Source: Peptococcaceae bacterium (lineage in GTDB: Bacteria; Bacillota; Peptococcia; Peptococcales; BICA1-8). From it: a stretch of 64,000 bases of DNA. The stretch is taken from NCBI GenBank assembly GCA_049366715.1, contig JBMNCQ010000055.1, forward strand, positions 168,542 through 232,541, written 5' to 3'. Shown in pieces: positions 10,016-19,652 of the stretch (the stretch's first letter is position 1; each line of letters opens with the position of its first letter). A program made the position numbers and the translations under genes. The notes under the pieces are model-generated. The model searched no databases and was not told the DNA's origin. It saw nothing but the letters and a program-made list of their open reading frames with translations.

Positions 10016-10051
10016 GAGTAAGGAGTCTTAGTAAGGGGGGAAACAATTTTT

Positions 10052-11086
10052 ATGGACCAAAGTATCATCAAAGACTATGTAGCTGATGCCTCCACCGTTT
10101 TGAAACAATATCCGATTCAAGCGCTTTTTATTAAAAAATATCAATATAAAAGCAAAAAAGCAGTTTGGTTTGTCAAAACAAACCAAGCTAATTATGCGTT
10201 AAAAAGATATTGGCTTGATGATAAGCAGTGGAATACGATAATTTCCGCTTATAATTATTTAAGTAAAGAAGTAAATAACGTGGCTCCTTTGTTATCTACT
10301 AAAGACGCTAACCTTTGGACTAAGTATAAAGATAATTATTATATTTTAACAAATTGGGTGAAAGGAAGTACTCCCGATTACACCAATAATGAGGATCTTA
10401 CTAAACTTACCCGGGGAATCGCCGAGCTCCATACGGCAGCTAGAAACTATCCGGCTGCAGATATGGAAAATGCCGATAAATACTTAGGGCGCTGGCCTTT
10501 AGATACCAGAAGAAAACAAGGATTACTGCTGGAATATAAATATGAAGCTGAAAATATCGGTACCCACAGCTTTGCTAAGTTATATCTGAAGCATTATCAA
10601 AGTTTCTTTGAAATTTATGAAGAGGTAGCGGAAGTTTTTGAACATCAGATCTATCAACAATGGGTAAAAAAAACAAAAGAGTACCCCTGTCTTTGTGTAA
10701 ACGGTTTCTCTCCCCATAATTTTTCGTTAGGAGAGAAAAATATCTTATGGCTTTTGCATTTAGATAATATTTGCTTAGACTTACCGGCCAGAGACATTAG
10801 AAAATTAATACTTAAGACCATGTATATCAAGGAAAAATGGTGCCCGGAAACTTTTGCCCTGATCATGAAAAACTATTTAAATATTTTTCCTCTGGCCAAG
10901 GATGAACTCAAAGTACTCCTGGCAGAATTGAAATCACCCCATCTCTTTTTTAATGTCACCACGAATTTTTTCCTGAATCAGAAAGCAAACAGGGAAGCGG
11001 ATTATTATAAAACACATCTCATTAAGACTTTAAAATTTGAACAGGGCAAATTAGACATATTATCTCGTTTCTGGCAACTCCTTTGA
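10052..11086 (+). CDS. cotS: CotS-family spore coat protein (kinase-like fold)
   Basis: 344 aa; phosphotransferase-like layout with LLHLDNICLDLPARDIRKL region; GGGGGG RBS; neighbours are coat-type glycosyltransferases, as in Bacillus cotSA-cotS. Confidence 0.7.
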   Translation: MDQSIIKDYVADASTVLKQYPIQALFIKKYQYKSKKAVWFVKTNQANYALKRYWLDDKQWNTIISAYNYLSKEVNNVAPLLSTKDANLWTKYKDNYYILTNWVKGSTPDYTNNEDLTKLTRGIAELHTAARNYPAADMENADKYLGRWPLDTRRKQGLLLEYKYEAENIGTHSFAKLYLKHYQSFFEIYEEVAEVFEHQIYQQWVKKTKEYPCLCVNGFSPHNFSLGEKNILWLLHLDNICLDLPARDIRKLILKTMYIKEKWCPETFALIMKNYLNIFPLAKDELKVLLAELKSPHLFFNVTTNFFLNQKANREADYYKTHLIKTLKFEQGKLDILSRFWQLL

Positions 11087-11133
11087 GCTTTTCCGCCTCG
11101 TATTCCGGATTTAAGGATTTTAAGAATCTAAGA

Positions 11134-11168
11134 AAAGGCATCTAACTTTTTAAGAGTTAGATGCCTTT
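11134..11168. terminator. bidirectional terminator between convergent cotS-like and P/Y-rich genes
   Basis: AAAGGCATCTAACT-TTTTAAG-AGTTAGATGCCTTT. Confidence 0.75.
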
Positions 11169-11178
11169 GGTTTAGCTG

Positions 11179-11436
11179 TCAACCCGGACACTGTGCTGCA
11201 TAAATTTCTTGCATCATTCTATACATATCCCTGACCATTCTTTGCACTTCCTGAGGCGGATAACCTGTTACAGGGCCCGGCGTGGGAGGCATAGGACCCG
11301 GGCAAGGATAATACGGATATTGCATGGGATACTGCATTTCCATCCCCGGATAATATGGGTATTCCATCCCCATATATGGATATTGCATTTCCGGGCCTTG
11401 GTATGGCATAGGATACTGAGGACACCCTCTATACAT
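11179..11436 (-). CDS. Pro/Tyr/Met-rich small protein, probable spore coat component
   Basis: 85 aa; YPMPYQGPEMQYPYMGMEYPYYPGMEMQYP...; C-terminal helix EVQRMVRDMYRMMQEIY shared with next gene; GGAGGG RBS. Confidence 0.6.
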   Translation of the reverse strand: MYRGCPQYPMPYQGPEMQYPYMGMEYPYYPGMEMQYPMQYPYYPCPGPMPPTPGPVTGYPPQEVQRMVRDMYRMMQEIYAAQCPG

Positions 11437-11492
11437 TCATCATCCCTCCTAAACTAATAATATTTATGATATTAGAATTCTTTTTCATCTCG

Positions 11493-11678
11493 CTATGCTT
11501 GCTCCTGCTCATAGATACACCTGATCATTTCATACATTTCCCCCAGAATTCTGTACATTTCTTCAAAAGTCATTTGCTGCGTAGGCATAGGCGTTGGCAT
11601 GGGCCCCTGATATGGCGGATTCCACGTATCACCCGGCAGGGGTTGAAACCCGGGCTGCATGAACTGTCTATAAAACAT
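11493..11678 (-). CDS. Pro-rich small protein, paralogous C-terminal helix
   Basis: 61 aa; ...PPYQGPMPTPMPTQQMTFEEMYRILGEMYEMIRCIYEQ; AAAGGAGGG RBS. Confidence 0.6.
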   Translation of the reverse strand: MFYRQFMQPGFQPLPGDTWNPPYQGPMPTPMPTQQMTFEEMYRILGEMYEMIRCIYEQEQA

Positions 11679-11709
11679 TAAGAAATCCCTCCTTTCTATT
11701 ACCTATTAA

Positions 11710-11737
11710 CATCATATGCATTTAAGGAATAATAAGT
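11710..11737 (-). promoter_or_regulatory. sigmaK/E-type promoter candidate
   Basis: Minus strand AC-N17-CATATGATG, 32 nt upstream of ATG at 11678. Confidence 0.35.
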
Positions 11738-11752
11738 TTTCAAAAACATTGA

Positions 11753-11917
11753 TTAATATGGAAAACCGCCGTATGGATAATATGGATACGGTGGATATGG
11801 ATAATAAAAGTACGGTGGTCCAGGTGTCAGCAATGAGAAAAAAAGCAGTGGAAACAATACGGTCCCCGGTCCTAGCTGTCTACTCATAGGATAACTTTCC
11901 AAATTATTCCTATACAC
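11753..11917 (-). CDS. Pro/Tyr-rich mini-protein (54 aa, GTG start), below ORF-track cutoff
   Basis: Hand translation: VYRNNLESYPMSRQLGPGTVLFPLLFFSLLTPGPPYFYYPYPPYPYYPYGGFPY*; AAAGGAGGG RBS about 8 nt upstream of GTG. Confidence 0.45.
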   Translation of the reverse strand: MYRNNLESYPMSRQLGPGTVLFPLLFFSLLTPGPPYFYYPYPPYPYYPYGGFPY

Positions 11918-12112
11918 AAGGAATCCCTCCTTTCTCCTGCTGCTAACATAATATGTTTCAGCAAATCAGAAAGAAGAAGACCATATCTTTTAAGATTATT
12001 TACTGATTATCTACGAAGGCTTCTTCTGAAAAATTCAGCCCTGCCCATTAATTAGCCGGACTTTCCTTATTTCTCCGACAAACCCGGTCTATCTAAGATT
12101 AGCGCCGGTTAC

Positions 12113-14059
12113 TCAATGCCCTTCCTTTTTTTGTACAAGGAGATAAGCTAATTGGTTCTTCTTCTTAAAAACGGCATAATAATACTTTTCTGCTAAAATC
12201 GTGAAATGCTCCTTATCCTTCCAGGAATTATCAGGGCCAAAATATTCCTCCCCCCCTTGCTTATATTTAGCAAAATTCAAACCATAATGAACCAAATCAT
12301 CATCGGGGAAATACTCCAGGGCAGATTCAAATAGCTCCAGTGCTTCGGTATATTTCCCCATTTTCAGCATCAGATCTCCTTTAACAAGATTTAAAGTAGG
12401 CGTTGAAGTACTAATCTGGGCTAAATATTGATGTACCAGAGGATTGTCGGTTTTCCAAAAAAAGATCACAGCAGCGCCTAAAGTTTCTAATTTGTTAATA
12501 CATAAACTAAAATCAATGATTTTTTCCGCCCAATCCAGTAAACCTATTTCAATAAATTCCTTTAGCAACGTCCAGCATTGATTTAAATACAGGGAAATAT
12601 CCTCGGCGCCCTTGAAATATCCATTAAGCAAATCCTGATAAACTTGGGCTGCAGATGACTCCAAAAATAATTTCAGGCTTTCTACGGACCTTACTAAAAG
12701 TAAGCTGTCATCTAATCCACAGGCGCAGAGAAAGATATTATTTAAAATCAGGCGGGGATTATTGATTAGATTGATATTCAATAACTCTTCCAGAGCCAGT
12801 GAAAAATAGCTATGATGTATGAAACAATAAGATTTAAAAAATTTCACAAAATCATGAGGTTCAAAATAGTTTAAGATCTCCAGACAGGCTGAATAATTAC
12901 TCCAGAAAGCATAAGTATCCGCAAGTCTGAAATAGTCCTGGACCGTAAAATCATATGTTAAGATGCCGGTAAATACGCTGCTTTTTTTAAAGGTAGCCAG
13001 GGGAACAATTGCCTCTATGGCCTGGTCTCTTATTTCCCGATAACCCAGGGCTTTGCCGTATATCGTTAACGACTCCTCAAATCTGCCCATTTTCTCAAAA
13101 GACTTTCCCATGCTTAATAAGGAATAATAGCTTCCTATCCCCAGTACAGAGGGAAATTTACCGGTTTCCCCCAGCTCCAGGCTTTTTTCATAATAGTTGC
13201 AGGCTTTCTCATATTTGCCCGTTGCGTCCGCTAAGTTACCATATAAATAATAAAGATCCGTATATTCCTTAAACCTTTCCAAACCGCGTTTAATAATCAG
13301 TTCACTTTTTTCATAATCATGTTCCTGCAAATAACTCAAAGCTAGATTGCGATAAACAACGGGCACGTAAGATTCGTCACCTGTAAGGTTAATTAAAGCT
13401 TCCTGGTAATAATTTATGGCTCTTTGATAGTCTCGGAGCAAATAAGATACATTTCCTGAATTGGCAAGTAAATAAGGATTTACAGGATCCTGCGCCAATT
13501 CTTTCCTTAAAATTCTTATCTTTCTGGAAAGTTTTTCAGTAATGTATTCCTCATGATAGCCAAAATGATTGATTACCTGATCGGAATTATAGATGCTGTC
13601 TGCCCTGGTTCTCCTGATACTTGGCAGGACTTGTTCGCAGACTTTACCGCTAAACCGATAATTTTTCCGATTTCTAAATAACCGCACAGCGCTTTCTTTT
13701 AACACATACCCATTCTCTAAAATATTGTTAATCTGCACATAATAACCTTCAGCCTGAGCATTATTCATAAGTTCCCGTATTTCATCCGCACTATTTTTCG
13801 TGAGTTCCTCATCGGCATCGATAACTAGAATCCAGTCACCTTGGGCTGCGTCCAGTGCAATGTTTCTCGCAAAACTAAAATCGTCACACCATAAAAGCTC
13901 AATAATTTTACACTTAAAGTTTTGGGCGATTTCCAGAGTGTTATCAAGGGAACCGCTATCAACCAGTACGATTTCATCAGCTATCTTTTTAATGCTTTTT
14001 AAACAGCGGAAAATATTATTTTCCTCATCTTTAGTGATCATACAGACACTTAGTTTCAC
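12113..14059 (-). CDS. family-2 glycosyltransferase fused to TPR repeats
   Basis: 648 aa; N-terminal MKLSVCMITKDEENNI...DSGSLDNT...DADE (GT2 DxD); long TPR-like C-terminal region. Confidence 0.8.
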   Translation of the reverse strand: MKLSVCMITKDEENNIFRCLKSIKKIADEIVLVDSGSLDNTLEIAQNFKCKIIELLWCDDFSFARNIALDAAQGDWILVIDADEELTKNSADEIRELMNNAQAEGYYVQINNILENGYVLKESAVRLFRNRKNYRFSGKVCEQVLPSIRRTRADSIYNSDQVINHFGYHEEYITEKLSRKIRILRKELAQDPVNPYLLANSGNVSYLLRDYQRAINYYQEALINLTGDESYVPVVYRNLALSYLQEHDYEKSELIIKRGLERFKEYTDLYYLYGNLADATGKYEKACNYYEKSLELGETGKFPSVLGIGSYYSLLSMGKSFEKMGRFEESLTIYGKALGYREIRDQAIEAIVPLATFKKSSVFTGILTYDFTVQDYFRLADTYAFWSNYSACLEILNYFEPHDFVKFFKSYCFIHHSYFSLALEELLNINLINNPRLILNNIFLCACGLDDSLLLVRSVESLKLFLESSAAQVYQDLLNGYFKGAEDISLYLNQCWTLLKEFIEIGLLDWAEKIIDFSLCINKLETLGAAVIFFWKTDNPLVHQYLAQISTSTPTLNLVKGDLMLKMGKYTEALELFESALEYFPDDDLVHYGLNFAKYKQGGEEYFGPDNSWKDKEHFTILAEKYYYAVFKKKNQLAYLLVQKKEGH

Positions 14060-14202
14060 TTAGTCCACATCCTAATATTCCTTTACATACTTTTTATGTT
14101 ATTTCTGCTGACTCTGTGCAAAGAAACCCCCGAATCCTGCAAAATTTTGCCAGGGAAGCGAGGTTTGAAATAATTCGTATGAACTACTGCTTTACCTTTA
14201 CT

Positions 14203-14430
14203 TTAGATCTGCTCATGCTGCTTGCCGAGCAATTCTTCCAATCTTCCTACTCTCTCATTTAATTTTTTAACTTCGGCTAATATCTGCACTAAGACATCAT
14301 TTTTGATATTTTCCTTATATCGAGAGAAGGGCCAGCTTTCCTGCTGTTTATGTACCTTGGCTTTAACGTTGGCAGAGTTCTGCCGATCATATTTTTTTGT
14401 ATTCCAGACATTAGAAGTCATCTTCATCAC
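14203..14430 (-). CDS. hypothetical small protein (start probably 14421)
   Basis: 75-aa ORF upstream of the GT2-TPR gene; GAGGTG RBS favours third ATG (MTSNVW...). Confidence 0.4.
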   Translation of the reverse strand: MMKMTSNVWNTKKYDRQNSANVKAKVHKQQESWPFSRYKENIKNDVLVQILAEVKKLNERVGRLEELLGKQHEQI

Positions 14431-14603
14431 CTCATAATTATTATATGAACATTTCAGAAATTGGTTTAAATCTTCTTCCTCTCCGGCCCCGCAACTTCTC
14501 CGGATATAGGGCTGTCATAATAGCAGCGGGGCCTTATTGTCAAAACTGCGTTTTTGCAAAGCAGCAAAATTTCATTTTTTTAAGAAAATTTCTTACAGTA
14601 TTC

Positions 14604-14631
14604 ACGCTTAAGGCCTGTTTTTCATATCATG
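14604..14631 (+). promoter_or_regulatory. sigmaK/E-type promoter candidate
   Basis: AC-N17-CATATCATG, 54 nt upstream of ATG at 14685. Confidence 0.35.
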
Positions 14632-14684
14632 TAGTAAGTTTGGATCATATTTTTTACCAATAACCGAGAAGGAGGTAGCTACAT

Positions 14685-15380
14685 ATGGAAGACCAATACC
14701 GGCAAGAAGATCAAATCCAGCCCGGTCCCTGCCCTGTTGACTCTCAAACAGGCATACCAATATGTCCCCCGCCGACAGAAATAGATATAATCAAGGTCAA
14801 AAAAATATTTAATGAATGTATGCATACCCAGGTCGAGGAAATTACCATCGACTTCCCTGCCTCTACCCTGGAGCCTGTGACAGAAATGGCCCAGGAAGCC
14901 GAATGTATCTCAGTAGAAGTATTAAATTCTAATTGTATTATTCTGAACGGGGACGATATTGTAAGATTAACCTTTACCTTAGAGGTGACCAGCAGGGTTC
15001 CTCTGGATAGCGGAGGCTTTCAGCAAGAATCTGCGACCCTCACTGTCCAAAAAACTTTCTCCCTGGACAGAGCCAGTGATGACGGGATTGACGTCCAGTG
15101 CCATGTTTTTCCGTCCTGCCTGTTCTGCTTTATTTCCAGCAGAAATGAATTAGGAAACGTCTCTGAAGTGACCTGCTGTGTGGGCGTGCTGATTCTTCTC
15201 AAAGCAGAGGCTGAAGTGCAATTGTTAATTCCAACTTACGGATATCCGGCTCAACCGCCGGAGTGCGGAGAATTTCTCGGTGAATGCCCCACAGATTTTT
15301 CACCGGACTGGCCCCCTTATCCGCCGCAGTTACTTTTCAGTCAATCTACGGCCACAAGAGCCAGAAGAACAAAAAAATAA
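14685..15380 (+). CDS. Cys-rich conserved hypothetical protein, paralog of 21810..22526
   Basis: 231 aa; about 60% identical by eye to the 21810 product (QPGPCP...GIPxCPPPTEIDIIKV.K.FNECMHTQV ... CCVGVLILLK..AEVQLLIPTYGYP..PPEC.EFLGECPTDF.PDWPPYPPQLLF); GAAGGAGG RBS. Confidence 0.75.
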   Translation: MEDQYRQEDQIQPGPCPVDSQTGIPICPPPTEIDIIKVKKIFNECMHTQVEEITIDFPASTLEPVTEMAQEAECISVEVLNSNCIILNGDDIVRLTFTLEVTSRVPLDSGGFQQESATLTVQKTFSLDRASDDGIDVQCHVFPSCLFCFISSRNELGNVSEVTCCVGVLILLKAEAEVQLLIPTYGYPAQPPECGEFLGECPTDFSPDWPPYPPQLLFSQSTATRARRTKK

Positions 15381-15387
15381 GAAATTA

Positions 15388-15416
15388 AAAAGATCAGGTT
15401 TGATCCTGATCTTTTT
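15388..15416 (+). terminator. rho-independent terminator
   Basis: AAAAAGATCAGG-TTTG-ATCCTGATCTTTTT. Confidence 0.75.
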
Positions 15417-15660
15417 AATGCTTCATTGCAAGAAATCCGGGAATTGGACTTAAATCAAAAAAGCCTGCCTATTTTCATCTGCAGTAACTTCATGACCGGA
15501 TCATTCCTTCCTAAAGAAATCCTGTCCGGATCCTGCTCCTAATAATAACCTTTTAGATTGTTAATTCTTAAAACTGCCGAACACTAATTAAGCTCAAATC
15601 ATATGATAGTACTGCATATACCAAAATTAACGCGGGACTTATCATAAGGGGGAATAAAGC

Positions 15661-16269
15661 ATGGACGCAAAAGATATCAGGGATATTTGGCAAAAAGAAG
15701 TAAAAAAACAGACTAATTTTTTTATCAACTATATTAAAGAAGAAATCTTAAAAAGAACCTTTCAAGAAGGGATCTGGATTTTCTCCTTTGATTATAAATT
15801 TAATAATCTTGAAGATTGTTCCCAAGAGCTAATCTCTGAAGTCTTAGCAAACACGAAAAGATATTTTGAGAGCCTTGGATTTATTACCAAGGAAAAAGAA
15901 AATGGTATTTTATTAACTTATGATCCGGATAGTTTACAGGAAAATGCCTTTACCAGAAATTTAATGTTCATCCAAAAAACCAGGATCATGTATAGCAGGT
16001 CCGGGAAAAAGAGTGTTCTTAACGATTTGCTGGCCTTAATTAAAGATAATGCCTTAAGAGAAAAAGAAGTCAGATATCAGCTTACTTTAAATACGCCCAA
16101 TGAAAATTGTCTTAGCATTCATGATGTAAAGGACATTCTTAAAGTTTTAACGGAAAGAGGATTTGAGGTCCGGTTAGAAAAGAAATATGACGTGGAGGAT
16201 TTGGTTATCAATCTCAATAAACCTTTATTTCCTGAACCGGCACAGGTAACTTTGCATATCAACTGGTAA
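15661..16269 (+). CDS. hypothetical protein (202 aa)
   Basis: Clean ORF with GGGGGA RBS; no motif recognised. Confidence 0.5.
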   Translation: MDAKDIRDIWQKEVKKQTNFFINYIKEEILKRTFQEGIWIFSFDYKFNNLEDCSQELISEVLANTKRYFESLGFITKEKENGILLTYDPDSLQENAFTRNLMFIQKTRIMYSRSGKKSVLNDLLALIKDNALREKEVRYQLTLNTPNENCLSIHDVKDILKVLTERGFEVRLEKKYDVEDLVINLNKPLFPEPAQVTLHINW

Positions 16270-16278
16270 AAACTAATC

Positions 16279-17412
16279 TCACGTATTATTTGCTTCAATA
16301 ATATCTTGAAAATAGCGTTTTAACTCCAGAGCTACTCTTTTCCAGGTAAAATGCTGAGTTGACAGCCGGCGGGAATTAGCGGCTAAGCTTTTTAGGAGGC
16401 TTTCATTGCGCAAAAGATTGATGATGGTATTTGCAAATTCTTGCGGGTCCTGATAGTCATTTACGATAACACCATTATAACCGTCTTTGATGACCTCCGC
16501 ATTGCCCCCTTTAGGTGTTGTAATGATCGGCAGGCCGGCCGCCATTGCTTCATAGTGGACCCGTCCTAAAGGTTCTTCCCATTGGCAGGGATTAGCAAAA
16601 ATATCGGCGATAGCATAAAAACGATGAATTTCGTTAGGGGAAATGTTTTTAAAAAGCAGTAATTTCTCCCGGGGAAAGTTCACTGCTTTATCCAGCACCT
16701 TTAGATAACCGGCTTCATCGATGAACCTGCTGTTTCCGACCAAAACCAGACTGCTTTTCGGAAAAAACTTAAGCACTTCCGGTAAAGCCTGCACCAAAAG
16801 ATGCAGTCCCTTCTCCTTTGTCAATCTTCCGACCCCAAGTATGATCTTCTCATCCTTCAAATTCAGACTTGCTCTTATTTCCGCAGCTTTTTCATTCCGG
16901 GGATAAAATTGCTCGGTGTCAACTCCTTCATAAATATGCCTGACCTTATTGATACCTGCCGGAAATATGTTAATTATTTTATCGGTGAGATATTTACTGA
17001 CCGTTACGATCCCGTCATATAATGGAAATAACTCTTTTAACTCTTCTTTTGTCCAGCCCTCTTCAAGAAAATCACTATGCACACTTAAGGTCACTGCCGT
17101 ATTCTTGCAATGCTTGCGCAGCTCTGTTGCCGCACCGGGTCTGTTAAAAATATGAATTAAGTCATAATCTTTTTCCTGCAGCCGATTTAAGACATTTTCA
17201 TAATAAGTGCCCCAAGACTCTCCGGGTATTCTATAAATCTCCCAGTTTTCACCGGCGGTTTTAAAAGGCAGCGTCCTCTCAGCGGAAGAAAAAATACTCA
17301 GACGGACCAGTTTCGGCAAATGTCCCAATATACCTGTTAAATAGGTCTGAATTGCTCCTCCTTTGATGTTGGGCACCGGGAGCTTTTCAGTACTGATCAT
17401 TGCGATCCGCAT
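16279..17412 (-). CDS. GT4-family glycosyltransferase (CotSA-like)
   Basis: Start moved to MRIAMISTEKL (AAGGAG 9 nt upstream); C-terminal EPLGRVHYEAMAAGLPIITT (E-x7-E GT4 motif). Confidence 0.8.
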   Translation of the reverse strand: MRIAMISTEKLPVPNIKGGAIQTYLTGILGHLPKLVRLSIFSSAERTLPFKTAGENWEIYRIPGESWGTYYENVLNRLQEKDYDLIHIFNRPGAATELRKHCKNTAVTLSVHSDFLEEGWTKEELKELFPLYDGIVTVSKYLTDKIINIFPAGINKVRHIYEGVDTEQFYPRNEKAAEIRASLNLKDEKIILGVGRLTKEKGLHLLVQALPEVLKFFPKSSLVLVGNSRFIDEAGYLKVLDKAVNFPREKLLLFKNISPNEIHRFYAIADIFANPCQWEEPLGRVHYEAMAAGLPIITTPKGGNAEVIKDGYNGVIVNDYQDPQEFANTIINLLRNESLLKSLAANSRRLSTQHFTWKRVALELKRYFQDIIEANNT

Positions 17413-17490
17413 TGCTCTCGTCTCCTTATTGCATAACATTCCCGCTTAATGCTTATTTGACATTAACTGTTTCATTATTCTCAAGCGGCG

Positions 17491-17733
17491 CTAAGCACCG
17501 CTGATTTTTATTAAATCCCTTAACACCTTGGCCTCTTCCTCAATATCTAATAGAATCAGTTCTTCCCTGTCATAACTCCTAATATCCACTAATAATGAAT
17601 TATAAATTTCAATATAAATTGTATAGCAATCTTCATTAATTACGGCCGGGAAAACAAAAATTTCCGGAATATCAAGAATTTCTTCTACCAGATAAGCAAG
17701 TTCTCTAATCTTAGTTATTAGTGTTTCATACAT
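17491..17733 (-). CDS. hypothetical acidic small protein (80 aa)
   Basis: ORF with GGGGAG RBS, upstream of the GT4 gene in the same direction. Confidence 0.45.
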   Translation of the reverse strand: MYETLITKIRELAYLVEEILDIPEIFVFPAVINEDCYTIYIEIYNSLLVDIRSYDREELILLDIEEEAKVLRDLIKISGA

Positions 17734-17801
17734 TTAAGCATCTCCCCTTTTCTTAGTGTCTGCCCAAGACTAACCCAGAAAAGTTTTTGTATTATCACTA
17801 A

Positions 17802-17829
17802 TAACATATGACCCGTCAGTATTTAATGT
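17802..17829 (-). promoter_or_regulatory. sigmaK/E-type promoter candidate
   Basis: Minus strand AC-N17-CATATGTTA, 69 nt upstream of ATG at 17733. Confidence 0.4.
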
Positions 17830-17863
17830 GTGTAAATATCCTTTTACGACAAAATTTAGCATC

Positions 17864-18658
17864 TTACTTCCAGGGACATAACTTTTTTTCCAGCTTGTCC
17901 AGTAAATAATATAAGATAAAGCCCAGCAAACCCATAGCCATGATACCGGCAAACATTTCTTCATAAGCCATTCGTGAAAATGCATCCATAATAAAGTAAC
18001 CGATTCCCTTTTGGGTAGCATAGGTCTCGGTCAAAAATAAAACCGCCAGTGCGGTTCCTAGTCCAATTCGCAGAGAAGTCAAAATTTCAGGCAGACAGGC
18101 CGGGAAAAAAACATGCTTATAAAGTTCCCAAAATCCTGAGCCTAGTGATTTCACCGATAATAAATAGCTTAAATCAATATTCTTAGCAGCATCCCGGGTA
18201 GTAACAAGTATTTGAAAGAATACAATCAGAGTAATCAAAAGGATTTTAGAAATGTCCCCGATACCTAAAACAACGAATAAAACAGGCATAAAGACTACTT
18301 TGGGAATAGGATAGGTTATATAAACATAGGGCGCGATTTTCCGGTCCCATTCTTTGTTTTTCCCTAAAAAAAGTCCTAATGGTACACCGGTAAGGGTTGC
18401 GATAAGCATACTAACAACGACTCTGAATAAACTGATGCCGATATGCCGGAGAAGTCCGCCTTGCAATGCAGCCAGAAATGCGGCAAAAGCCTGGGCCGGG
18501 ACAGGAAGGATAGGTTTATTAATAACTCCCGCCAGGATCCACCAGAAAATGATCAGGACCAGTACGGCCGTTAAATGAGTTTTTTTCAAAAAATCAGCGA
18601 TCTTCAGCAGTTTGGTCACCTCCCCGTAAAAGAGACCGCAGGCGGCTGCATAGTTCAT
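17864..18658 (-). CDS. ABC transporter permease (NitT/TauT family); true start uncertain
   Basis: 264 aa, 6 hydrophobic helices. The longest ORF overlaps the ATPase gene by 65 nt and has no RBS, so the real start is probably internal. Confidence 0.8.
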   Translation of the reverse strand: MNYAAACGLFYGEVTKLLKIADFLKKTHLTAVLVLIIFWWILAGVINKPILPVPAQAFAAFLAALQGGLLRHIGISLFRVVVSMLIATLTGVPLGLFLGKNKEWDRKIAPYVYITYPIPKVVFMPVLFVVLGIGDISKILLITLIVFFQILVTTRDAAKNIDLSYLLSVKSLGSGFWELYKHVFFPACLPEILTSLRIGLGTALAVLFLTETYATQKGIGYFIMDAFSRMAYEEMFAGIMAMGLLGFILYYLLDKLEKKLCPWK

Positions 18659-19376
18659 AATATTCTTGCTTGCCTCTGGAGTTAATATCTCCTGCCAGCT
18701 TATTATCCACCGTTTTAATGATTCTCCCCGGTGCGGAAGACATCACAAATATTTTCTGTCCCAGAAAAACAGCTTCTTCAATGCCATGGGTGACCAAAAG
18801 AATGGTCATGCGGGTCTCCTGCCAGATTTGCAGCAGAAGATCCTGCAGTTCTTCCCTGGTTAAAGCATCTAAAGAAGAAAAAGGTTCATCCATGAGTAAA
18901 AGCTCCGGCTCAAGAGCCAGAGCACGGGCAATAGCCACCCGCTGGCGCTGCCCTCCGCTTAACTGAACCGGATATCTCCCGGCCAGGGCCAGAATTCCCA
19001 ACTTATTTAAGATCTTCTCAACATGATTACGAATATCCCCGCTGTTAAACTTACGTATTTCCAAACCCAATGCCGTATTATGCCATACGGTTTTCCACGG
19101 TAATAGACCATAGTCCTGCAGAATAAGGGCAGTTCCTTTATTCGTAACAGAAGCAGGTCCTCCTTTGACTAAAACCTGCCCCCCGAATTCATTTTTCAAC
19201 CCTGCTAAAACATGCAGCAAAGTACTTTTACCACTGCCGGAAGGACCAATCAATACCCCGATTTTACCCTTTTCCAAAGTCAAATCAGCCGACTGCAAAG
19301 CGATAAAAGAATTATCCTGTTGTAAATATTCAACTTGCAGTGATTTAACCTCAAGATAATTTTCAAAATGACCCAC
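18594..19376 (-). CDS. ABC transporter ATP-binding protein
   Basis: Walker A GPSGSGKST, signature LSGGQRQR, Walker B LLLMDEP. Confidence 0.9.
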   Translation of the reverse strand: MGHFENYLEVKSLQVEYLQQDNSFIALQSADLTLEKGKIGVLIGPSGSGKSTLLHVLAGLKNEFGGQVLVKGGPASVTNKGTALILQDYGLLPWKTVWHNTALGLEIRKFNSGDIRNHVEKILNKLGILALAGRYPVQLSGGQRQRVAIARALALEPELLLMDEPFSSLDALTREELQDLLLQIWQETRMTILLVTHGIEEAVFLGQKIFVMSSAPGRIIKTVDNKLAGDINSRGKQEYYELCSRLRSLLRGGDQTAEDR

Positions 19377-19390
19377 TTTGGTACGCTCCT

Positions 19391-19652
19391 ATAGTTTATA
19401 GTTTATTGTTTATAGTTTATGGTTTTTCGTTCTCAGTTCTCAGTTCCCGGCGGGGGTGTGTCAGGGGACGGTTCTTTGACACATTTCTGTCTTGGCCTTA
19501 CATTCCGTTAGTGACCGGCGAAATTCAGATCATAGATTACCGTTCAAAGAGCATGGAGTTCTCGGTTCCCAGATACCGGTTCTCAGTTTTTTTGAGAACT
19601 AAGCACAGCTCTCCTCTGCTTGTTATAAATTCTCCATTCTCCATTCTCCATT
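19391..19652. repeat. heptanucleotide repeat block B inside the ABC transporter operon
   Basis: ATAGTTT ATAGTTT ATTGTTT ATAGTTT ATGGTTT TTCGTTC TCAGTTC TCAGTTC (19391-19446). GAGTTCT CGGTTCC CAGATAC CGGTTCT CAGTTTT (19556-19590). (ATTCTCC)x3 at 19629-19649. Hairpin GTGTCA...TGACAC at 19458-19478. Confidence 0.9.

Noticed and set aside
11209-11457. ORFs overlapping the P/Y-rich gene: 11209..11457 (plus strand) and 11219..11425 (minus strand).
   Set aside because: They are low-complexity shadow frames of 11179..11436. Only the P/Y-rich frame has an RBS and a paralogous C-terminal helix.
14439-14465. An AC-N16-CATATAATA motif upstream of 14203..14430.
   Set aside because: The predicted transcription start would fall inside or at the RBS (GAGGTG at 14428-14433), leaving almost no leader. 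It is not reported as a promoter.
17770-18021. An 83-aa minus-strand ORF overlapping the 3' end of the ABC permease gene.
   Set aside because: It lies in a different frame of the same strand across the permease coding region, with no RBS. It is a shadow ORF.
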